From: Acidobacteriota bacterium
Lineage (GTDB): Bacteria; Acidobacteriota; Blastocatellia; UBA7656
Length of the DNA: 64,000 nucleotides
Assembly: GCA_038040455.1 (NCBI GenBank)
Contig: JBBPIH010000039.1
Location: 4,998-68,997, forward strand
Direction of reading: 5' to 3'
The position numbers were made by a program, and so were the translations under genes. Every line of letters starts with the position of its first letter. Position 1 is the stretch's first letter. The notes beneath the pieces are model-generated. The model saw only the letters and a program-made list of their open reading frames with translations. It did no database searches and was not told the origin of the DNA. Shown one piece after another: positions 28,680 through 36,535 of the stretch.

Positions 28680-29345
28680 TCAGTCGTTCACCACCCAACC
28701 GTCCCTCAGCTTGATGACCCGGTGCCCGTAAGAGGCATTTACCTCAGAGTGAGTGACCTGAATGATAGTCGTGCCCCCCTCGTTGAGCCTCTTGAACAAC
28801 TCCATGATTTCTTTGCCCTGGTCCGAATGCAGGTTGCCGGTCGGTTCGTCCGCGAGGATCACCTTTGGGTTGGCTATGACCGCCCGCGCGACGCCCACCA
28901 GTTGCTGCTGACCTCCTGATAGCTGAGTCGGATAAAGGTTTCGCTTACCGACAATTTGAAAACGGTCCAGCACGTCGCAGACTGTGCTTTCGCGCTCTGC
29001 TTTCTTAACGTCCCGGTACGACAACGGCACTTCGAGATTCTCGTAGACGGTCATGTGATCGAGCAGATGATAACTCTGAAACACGAAGCCGATGTTCTTA
29101 TTGCGCAACTCCGCTCGCTCCTTCTTGCCGAGCTTGTGGATCGGCTTCTCGAGAAAATCAAACTCGCCGGTCCACGCGCTGTCGTGCATGCCTAGGATGT
29201 GAAGCAGTGTCGACTTGCCCGCGCCCGACGGACCCATTATCGAAACGAACTCTCCCGCTTTGATATCGATGTTAACGCGGCGCAGCACAAACGTCTTGCC
29301 CACGCCCGACTCAAAAAACTTTTCAACGTTGCGTAATGCAATCAT
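28680..29345 (-). CDS. ABC transporter ATP-binding protein (second stand-alone nucleotide-binding domain)
   Basis: It has Walker A (GPSGAGKST), the signature LSGGQQQLVGVARA and Walker B (ILADEPTGNL). Confidence 0.8.
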   Translation of the reverse strand: MIALRNVEKFFESGVGKTFVLRRVNIDIKAGEFVSIMGPSGAGKSTLLHILGMHDSAWTGEFDFLEKPIHKLGKKERAELRNKNIGFVFQSYHLLDHMTVYENLEVPLSYRDVKKAERESTVCDVLDRFQIVGKRNLYPTQLSGGQQQLVGVARAVIANPKVILADEPTGNLHSDQGKEIMELFKRLNEGGTTIIQVTHSEVNASYGHRVIKLRDGWVVND

Positions 29346-29872
29346 AGCTGAACTCCTATGTTTTCAATCATAATGTCGCCGGATCTCTTGGCATTCGAGT
29401 GATGTGATGATACACGAAACAACGCTGCGGCCCAAAGAACTCCAAGCGATTCGAATAGTCATACTAGCCAAGTTCCGTGCCACGGAAGGCCACGGCGATA
29501 AACAGACAAATTGCGCGGCTTAGCGGGTGCCAGAGCGGTGAAGACAGGAGAGCGCTTTCCACTCGTGGGAATCGGTCTCCCACAAGCGGACAGGAAGATC
29601 AGCGGCGGATCGGGTTAGCGGCTGAATCGCACGTGATTGGTCGTTTCTTACCTCTCTTTGAACTCGCCCGCATTGAGCTGCTAGAATAAAACGCTTGATA
29701 GGTTCTGGAACTTCTTCTGAAGAGAATGATAGAACCAAGACTTTGGCTGCGAATCCTCGGGGCACTGGGGTCCTTTGGTTCATCTTCGCGCTGGATGAGC
29801 AACTCGACTCTCCTAGCTTGCGAGATTGCCTTCGATTTACTTGCCCACGGGCCATTGATTCAGAGGTAAGAG

Positions 29873-30199
29873 GTGGCGTACTTAGGCAACAGAAATGGGC
29901 CTCGTGAGTCAAATATCCTAGACCGAATGGGTTTCAGCTATTTTGGCTGCACGCCGGCAGGTCTTGAAGAGGATATTTCTTACCACCGTTTTGCGGAAGC
30001 ACGCGGAGAGGTCGTTCCAGTGCACGTAGATCAAACCGGGCGTGCTTATGTGGAGTTTAGTTCGCCAGAGCAAGGCAAAACTACAAAGTACGTGTTGGAA
30101 GAGCACGGCTATAACCTCAGGGGTAACATCGCGACGTTTTCGGAGGAGGAACGCGCCCATTGGCGAACGCGGGAATCTGCCGAGAATGCGGAACTCTAG
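29873..30199 (+). CDS. hypothetical ORF in a low-coding, lower-GC region
   Basis: It is the only sizeable ORF in 29346..30394. I see no motif. Confidence 0.2.
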   Translation: MAYLGNRNGPRESNILDRMGFSYFGCTPAGLEEDISYHRFAEARGEVVPVHVDQTGRAYVEFSSPEQGKTTKYVLEEHGYNLRGNIATFSEEERAHWRTRESAENAEL

Positions 30200-30394
30200 C
30201 GTTCGTTCGTATAGCGCGATGGATAACGTTCGAGTCTATATTGTTTCGAGCCAATCCTGCCGTAACCGAAGACCAATAGTTCAGACACAATGAGAGAGGG
30301 GCGCGTTCACTCAGGTTCTGCATTCTGATAGCGCAGCGCAATAAGGGGACGCTCCAATAAGCTGCGAGAGCTATGCAATACGATGTTGTTATGA

Positions 30395-31282
30395 TTGCCA
30401 GATCAAGGAGAAGTCTTGATGGTTAATGAAAACCCGACCTCCCGCACAGCCCTACTGTTTGACATCGATAATACGCTTACACCTCCCCGGCAAGTACTGA
30501 GAGAATCAATGGCGAACGTGCTAAAACGCCTTTGCCTTCCGTTTCATGTCGTAGCCGGGAGCCATCTTGATATTCTGCAAGAACAGTTTTTTGATCCGCT
30601 TTACGCATTCGGTTTCCGTAAGCAATTCGAAGCCTTCCTCAGCCTAGGTGGCGTTCATTATCGATGCGACTACTCCAAGGGGATGTCTATTGAGGTGGTA
30701 TCAGCATTTGACATGCGCGAATATCTCGGTGATATCGATTATTGCTTCCTAATGGACGTGCTTACGAAGACCCTTGGTTTTGCGACGTTCCGGCTACCCC
30801 CGACTCTTGAGGTTATCGGTGAAACCATAACTTATCGGGGCTCAATGATCAATTTCTGCCCAATCGGGAGAGCCGAACAAGAAAGCACAGAGTACCGGCG
30901 CAATCGAGATAACTTCGTGGAATTCGATCGTGCGTCTAATTACCGGCAAATCATGATGGAGCATTTAAAAGGCGAATTGTCGTCGCTCGTGAAGGACAGG
31001 AAGCTAACAATAGTGTTGGGCGGTCAGACATCGTTCGATATCAGTGTTGCAACTCGCGATAAGACATACGCGGTTCGAACGCTGCTGGACAGAGGGTTCG
31101 AACGGTTGGTCTTTATGGGCGACGCTTTGTTTGATGGCGGCAATGATGCCGCCATACGTGAATTCGCGGAGAACTGGCGTTCGGAGACCCGATGCCCACT
31201 TGAAACAATCCAGGTGAGCGGCTGGGAAGAGACCATCCGGCGACTCTATGAGCTTCAGTTCGTCGCTGAGCACGGTGATTGA
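30395..31282 (+). CDS. HAD-superfamily hydrolase of the eukaryotic-type phosphomannomutase (PMM, HAD-IIB) family
   Basis: It has motif I (LLFDIDNTLTPPRQ), a motif II region (VVAGSHLDILQEQF, compare PMM VGGSDFEKVQEQL), a K-containing block (GGQTSFDISVATRDKTYAV, compare PMM GGQISFDVFP.GWDK.YCL) and motif IV (MGDALFDGGNDAAI). The true start may be at MVNENP (30419). Confidence 0.5.
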   Translation: MPDQGEVLMVNENPTSRTALLFDIDNTLTPPRQVLRESMANVLKRLCLPFHVVAGSHLDILQEQFFDPLYAFGFRKQFEAFLSLGGVHYRCDYSKGMSIEVVSAFDMREYLGDIDYCFLMDVLTKTLGFATFRLPPTLEVIGETITYRGSMINFCPIGRAEQESTEYRRNRDNFVEFDRASNYRQIMMEHLKGELSSLVKDRKLTIVLGGQTSFDISVATRDKTYAVRTLLDRGFERLVFMGDALFDGGNDAAIREFAENWRSETRCPLETIQVSGWEETIRRLYELQFVAEHGD

Positions 31283-31290
31283 TCACACTG

Positions 31291-32322
31291 CTATTCTTTC
31301 AGGCTTTTTAGCAGATCATCGAACCAACCCTGATCTTTTGTGGACAGGCGGTCCATGTGACGAACGTATTGCGGCAATCTCTGAGGGTCAAGTGTCTCTA
31401 TCCCAAGTACAATCACTCGGCTGCTCCCGGTGTTGATTTGTTCGTGAATCCTGGATTCCAACTCGTGCAAACACCAGGGTGAATTGAGGAAACTCGGACT
31501 CAAACACGCAACGAGGTACTTACTGTTGTTCAGCGCTTGGTGTATCTTGGTAACAACTGGAAGCGTGGGTTTCCTCTGTACCTGATACCTCCACACCGAA
31601 AGCCCCTGGTTTTCAAGTCGGTTGGCAATCTGCAGCACGCGCTTTTGATCATGACCGGAGTGGCACAAGAAAGCATCAAATCGCTCGGGAGAGACAATAC
31701 GCCAGTCGCTAACCGCATTTTGAGTCACTTCCACCTTTACCAAGACCTGAAAGTCTTTGTTCCAAGGAATATTTCGGAGTCGTTCATAAAACTCTTCCTG
31801 ACCTAGAAAGAGATCTACTCCCATCTGACCATAAGCTCTTAGTCCCGCAATCACGAATTCAATCTTCTTATTAACGGTCCTCTTGGAGATTAGACAGTAA
31901 TCTTCTCTGATTCTGTCGTCCTGAAAATCAATCTCATACTTTCTTTTGTTCGCGCCGTGTAATATGCGGATTTCGGGATCTGGATCGAAGTGGATCGGAC
32001 AATTCCTTGTGGCAGCGTTTGCAAACGGGTTTGTAGGAGGGCCACCAATCAACACTCTGTGGCAGTCGGGCAATTTTGGCAGTTTATAGGCGAACGCTAC
32101 TTCTACCTTACCAGGGTACGATCTCTCAAGAAGGGAATAAACTCGCATTGCCGAGTATAGATCATCTGGAAACACGTAGTGGTCGAATAGGGGATAGTTT
32201 GCGCATTGCAAGGTGAAGGTATTTCGTGGCCGCTCCTTCCCGGGGACGAAGATCTTTATCTCCTTAGGACGATGACCAAATCCGAAAAACTCTTTTGCAA
32301 GCTTGTAGACCTCACTGTCCAT
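31291..32322 (-). CDS. two-domain protein with an uncharacterised N-terminal domain (about 210 aa) and a C-terminal TIR domain
   Basis: The TIR motifs are FDAFLCHSGHDQ (the betaA (D/F)xFISY-type motif), LVACLSPSFLNSPWCLHELE (the S..WC..EL alphaC motif containing the conserved catalytic-position Glu) and VIVLGIE. Its stop is 9 nt from the convergent PMM-like gene. Its start is overlapped by 11 nt by the NUDIX gene stop. Confidence 0.7.
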   Translation of the reverse strand: MDSEVYKLAKEFFGFGHRPKEIKIFVPGKERPRNTFTLQCANYPLFDHYVFPDDLYSAMRVYSLLERSYPGKVEVAFAYKLPKLPDCHRVLIGGPPTNPFANAATRNCPIHFDPDPEIRILHGANKRKYEIDFQDDRIREDYCLISKRTVNKKIEFVIAGLRAYGQMGVDLFLGQEEFYERLRNIPWNKDFQVLVKVEVTQNAVSDWRIVSPERFDAFLCHSGHDQKRVLQIANRLENQGLSVWRYQVQRKPTLPVVTKIHQALNNSKYLVACLSPSFLNSPWCLHELESRIHEQINTGSSRVIVLGIETLDPQRLPQYVRHMDRLSTKDQGWFDDLLKSLKE

Positions 32323-32836
32323 TTTGCGAGTCCTTTTTCAGGTATTTGTCCAGACCGGAGAGTACCTCAAGGGTGCTTTTGAATTTAGTGCTTGGCAAAT
32401 CCCGCAAGTCGAACCAACCGTAGTCTAGTATCTCTTCTCCGACATCAATTGCATTGGAGACTAGGCTCGCTTTGTAAAAAAGGTTTAAGCAGAATTCTGC
32501 ATTAGGTCCATAAGTATCCACGGATGCTGTCAGAAGTTCTCCGATCTTAACCTCAGCGTTCAGCTCTTCCTTCATTTCCCTGGTCAGACCACGCTCAGGT
32601 GCCTCTCCGTATAGCAGGAATCCCCCCGGCAGATCCCACGTTGAATGTGAGATCGAATCACAAACCATAAGTACTGTATCTTCTTGAAGAATTACCGCGC
32701 ACACGGACGGCTTTGAATTCAGATACATTACCCTCCCACACTCCTGACATCTAGAGCCCGATTCTTGAAGAAGCTCAGAGATCTGCTTGCTCCCACAGAA
32801 CTGACAAAACCGAGCCTTATTATTCGCATACGGCAT
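32312..32836 (-). CDS. NUDIX hydrolase with N-terminal CxxC-x15-CxxC zinc ribbon (NudC-like architecture)
   Basis: It has a zinc ribbon (CQFCGSKQ...CQECGRVMYLNSKPSVCAVIL) followed by a Nudix box (GGFLLYGEAPERGLTREMKEELN, i.e. Gx5Ex7REUxEExGU). It lacks the SQPWPFPxS motif of bona fide NADH pyrophosphatases. Confidence 0.7.
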   Translation of the reverse strand: MPYANNKARFCQFCGSKQISELLQESGSRCQECGRVMYLNSKPSVCAVILQEDTVLMVCDSISHSTWDLPGGFLLYGEAPERGLTREMKEELNAEVKIGELLTASVDTYGPNAEFCLNLFYKASLVSNAIDVGEEILDYGWFDLRDLPSTKFKSTLEVLSGLDKYLKKDSQNGQ

Positions 32837-32940
32837 AGCAGATCTCCCATCCGAGCCTAAACCGCAGACTTCGTCGTGAAGCCTGGCCCTCCAGCAGGTA
32901 AAGTAGCCTCGCGAACAAGTACAGTGCGCTTGGGGAGCGC

Positions 32941-34101
32941 TTAGATCGTCTCTTCTATGACCTGAGCTATGTAGTCGATCTCTTCTTTGCTAATCCCTGA
33001 ATGTACGGGCAGAGATACGCATGTTCCGGAGAAATACCGAGCGCTATTGACTTCGCCTATAAGCCTAAACGGGAGTTGCCCATACACGGGTTGGTGGTCG
33101 ACACAATATGGCCACATGACCCGGGTTTCAATCCCGTGACGGGAAAGTGTCTCTCTCAAACGCTCGCGATATTGAGACAGAATTGTGAATGTAAAGCCAT
33201 TGGATTTGAAACGACTATCCTTATACGCTTCTAACGCCAGGTTCCTCAGCGCGTCTTTCTCAAGGTAGTAACTTATGACCTGGCGACGATTGCTCAGAAT
33301 CTGTTCCTTGCGGCGAATCTGTGAAATGCCTAAGGACGCAGCAAGGTCAGTCAAGCGATAATTGCCGCCGAAAACATCATAAGAGTATTTCTTTCCAGGT
33401 GTCTCACCGTGATTCCTGATTTGTCTAAGCAGAAGCGCCAGATTCTCGTCGTCCGTAACTATTGCGCCGCCTTCACCAGTAGTCAGAGGTTTGGCCGCAT
33501 GAAAACTAAAGATAGCCGCCTTACCAAACGAGCCAGCCGGAGTGCTGTTAGTGTGCGCGAGGAAAGATGAAGCCGCGTCTATCATCAAGATGATTCCTCT
33601 GTCTTCGCACAGACTGGAGATGTCTGACCAATCATTTGCAAAACCGGAATAGTCTATTCCTATCACAGCTCGCGTGCGCGTTGAGATACAGGGTAATACA
33701 GTTTTAGCATCAATCATTCCAGTGTCTCTGCTTATATCAGCGAGAACCGGGAGTGCACCTGACATCGTTACGGCGAAAGGGACGGCAATGAACGACATCG
33801 CCGGTATTATTATTTCACAAGTGTTCGAAACGCCGAGAGCTATCAACAGACACACTAGAGCCGAAGAACCCGAATTCACAGCCACGCAATATTTCCGATT
33901 AGAGTAGAGTGCGACTAGACGTTCAAACTCCTCAACCTTTGCACCCTGCGAGATCCAGTGTGAGTCAAAACATTCCTTCAATGAATCAGAATCTTCCGAG
34001 CAAATGTCTGGATTTGCCCAACTGACTTTGAGCTTGGCTTTCTCCTTCATCGCATCCCTGATCTGTCTTCGGAATCTAGCAACTTGTTCGCTTCGTGGCA
34101 A
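32941..34101 (-). CDS. DegT/DnrJ/EryC1/StrS-family PLP-dependent sugar aminotransferase
   Basis: It has an N-terminal HWISQG..VEEFE block. The PLP-lysine region is FSFHAAKPLTTGEGGAIVTDD. The start may be at 34050 (MKEKAKL). Confidence 0.75.
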   Translation of the reverse strand: MPRSEQVARFRRQIRDAMKEKAKLKVSWANPDICSEDSDSLKECFDSHWISQGAKVEEFERLVALYSNRKYCVAVNSGSSALVCLLIALGVSNTCEIIIPAMSFIAVPFAVTMSGALPVLADISRDTGMIDAKTVLPCISTRTRAVIGIDYSGFANDWSDISSLCEDRGIILMIDAASSFLAHTNSTPAGSFGKAAIFSFHAAKPLTTGEGGAIVTDDENLALLLRQIRNHGETPGKKYSYDVFGGNYRLTDLAASLGISQIRRKEQILSNRRQVISYYLEKDALRNLALEAYKDSRFKSNGFTFTILSQYRERLRETLSRHGIETRVMWPYCVDHQPVYGQLPFRLIGEVNSARYFSGTCVSLPVHSGISKEEIDYIAQVIEETI

Positions 34102-34416
34102 TGCGGCCAGCGCTACCTTTCAGAATTGTCATCGGTGTTCCCTCCGCCTGTCTGGAAGGTCATCTCGGATAACGCCCCCGTTTGCCCAAGCGCATACATT
34201 GACGGGGACTTTTTTTCCCTCATAGTGGGATTGGTGAGCAAGGAATTCAAGCGATCGATCTAAACCCGAACTACGAAACGGCGCACTCCTACTTAAGGTC
34301 TGTCGTTGATGATGATGGGTGCGTGCACGAAAAGATGGCAGAGGTGAACCAAGGGGAGAAGCTGGACCCGCTCCTCGTCATGGCGAATATCGGCGCGGCG
34401 TAGAGGTTGAAGCCTT

Positions 34417-35268
34417 TTACAAAGCAGTAGCGCTGAAGGTATCTCCCTGGCTGATGTCGCCCGTATCAAATCCTTTGCGAAACCAGCGGAGGCGTTGCTC
34501 TGAAGTGCCGTGGGTGAACGAGTCAGGCACAACGTACCCCTGAGATTGGCGCTGCAGCCGGTCGTCGCCGATGGCACTTGCCGCTTGAAGCGCTTCCTCA
34601 ATGTCTCCGGGCTCGACGATGCCTCTGCTCTTGGCGTGATGCGCCCATACCCCTGCCAGGAAATCAGCCTGAAGTTCGAGTCTGACCGAAAGCTGGTTCG
34701 CCCCCTCTTTTCTCAGACGTCCCTGGGCGGCATTGACCTTCTCCATCGTCCCCAGGAGGTTTTGGATGTGGTGGCCGATTTCGTGCGCCATCACGTACGC
34801 CTGCGCAAAGTCTCCCGGAGCGCGAAACCGTGTCTTCAACTCTCGATAGAACGAGAGATCAATGTAAACCTTCCGATCGCTCGGACAGTAGAACGGACCA
34901 ACCGCGGAGCCGGCAATACCACAACCGGAACGGACCTGATCGGTGAACAGAACCAGCGTGGGTGCCGTGTAGCGCTTGCCCGATTTGCGAAAGATGGCAG
35001 TCCAAACATCCTCTGTGTCGGCGAGCGCTGCCCCGACGAACTGTCTGAGTTCCGCCTCCTCCGGGTTAGTCGGGCGCGAGGTCCCGGACCCTGAGCCCGG
35101 AGCACCGCTTGGGACCTGTTCTAACAACTCACCCGGATCTGCGCCGAGCAGCAGTGCGATCACCAGTACCACGATACCGCCAAGACCGCCGCCGACGGCC
35201 ATCCCACCGCGTGAGATACCTCGCCGATCCTCAACGTTGTCGCTTTGACGCCGATCCTTCCAGAGCAT
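34417..35268 (-). CDS. YpfJ-like putative neutral zinc metallopeptidase (membrane anchored)
   Basis: It has an N-terminal TM helix, a HEIGHH zinc-binding motif and the overall pattern of PF04228-type proteins. Confidence 0.6.
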   Translation of the reverse strand: MLWKDRRQSDNVEDRRGISRGGMAVGGGLGGIVVLVIALLLGADPGELLEQVPSGAPGSGSGTSRPTNPEEAELRQFVGAALADTEDVWTAIFRKSGKRYTAPTLVLFTDQVRSGCGIAGSAVGPFYCPSDRKVYIDLSFYRELKTRFRAPGDFAQAYVMAHEIGHHIQNLLGTMEKVNAAQGRLRKEGANQLSVRLELQADFLAGVWAHHAKSRGIVEPGDIEEALQAASAIGDDRLQRQSQGYVVPDSFTHGTSEQRLRWFRKGFDTGDISQGDTFSATAL

Positions 35269-35350
35269 GTTTCATAACCCCCTTTGGTCGATCTTCTGGA
35301 ATTATCGCACGGCGCGAGGCTCTCGGAAACTCGTATACGAGGACACCTTC

Positions 35351-36425
35351 TTAGTTCTTGCCAGCTCCAAAAGTCACTCGTATCCCGGTGGTCAGCAGTA
35401 AATCATTCTTCTTTATCCCGGGGATTGGATTGCTTATGTATCTGTCGCTCAAAGTCACCTGCCAGCCGAGGGTCTTACTCAGTCTTGTGACAGCAGTCGT
35501 GTCGAACGAAATGCGAAACTCTCCTATTTCGCTCAGGTTCGGATACAGTACTGCTCTTTGCGCGAGAGAGGTGCTTGACGAGAGTTTGTAGGTGAGTTCC
35601 TCGCCCAGAATAACTTCCCCCGATTTGCGGTTAAGCCCGGTCGAGAAATACTCCTGGTTGAACGCGCCTCCGGCAAACAGGTCTAGACGAGTCCTTTCGG
35701 TCTTGGCAGCATGAAAGCCAAGCCCGCCGCCCAGCACGAGGCGAAGGTCGAGTTGCTGAAACTTGTCATACTCTATATCGCTCAAGCCAAAAGCGAAGAC
35801 ACGGTCACTAAGATTGAAATCATACCGGAGCCCGCCCCGGGCAGAACTTGCGGTAGTCACCGATTCGCCGGTCGTCTTGTTCTTTGCGAAAAGCGACGCG
35901 AAATATACGCTTGTCTTGTCTCTAGTTGTAGTGCGCGCCGCCTGAGCGCCCACGCCGATAGTTGTCGTATCTGCATTGCCTTTCGTCAAGCTGAGACCCG
36001 CATCGGCTGATCCGCTCCACAGATCCCCAAGCCCCGGGTTACGCAATCGCTCCACTTCGGCAAGATGGGCGGCATGTTCTGCTGCCGAGCGCAATAACCG
36101 GATCGCCTCTTTGGACGTAGCAACTATTCCCGCTTCTTTGGTCTGAACCTCGATCCTGCTTGTCGTGGTGGTAACGGTACCAAAAATGATTGTCCGTCTT
36201 TTAGCAGGACATACAAAGGCCGGTCGCTTGATAGCTGTTCAATGGCCGCCCATTGAATCTTTACTTCACCTGCAAACTCCGATTTTAGGCTCAGGTTTTC
36301 ACCGTGGGATCTGAGAATAGTCCCCGATAAACGATCACCGTTTTTCAAGATACCTGGTCGGCAAATACGTCAAAACAGAGCAGGGCGCTGATCACAAGCG
36401 TAAGAGTGAGGATTCTTCGCATTGG
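35351..36425 (-). pseudogene. DUF481 (YdiY-like) outer-membrane beta-barrel protein gene interrupted by two frameshifts
   Basis: Three consecutive minus-strand frames carry three pieces. The first is the signal peptide MRRILTLTLVISALLCFDVFADQVS, which stops at 36351-36349. The second is LKNGDRLSG...RFRPKKRE (36124..36348, the YdiY-type N-terminal motif). The third is the beta-barrel body (35351..36094). The frame changes occur near 36345 (next to an A5 run) and near 36125-36180. Confidence 0.5.
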
Positions 36426-36535
36426 TCTCTCCTTCCGTCATTAGCCCATAAGCCATAAGGTTGCACTCACTGGGGGTGGCGCCCAGTCTCTATCCTGGAG
36501 TAGCGGTATTAAAACCGGTGTAAACAAATCCAGCT

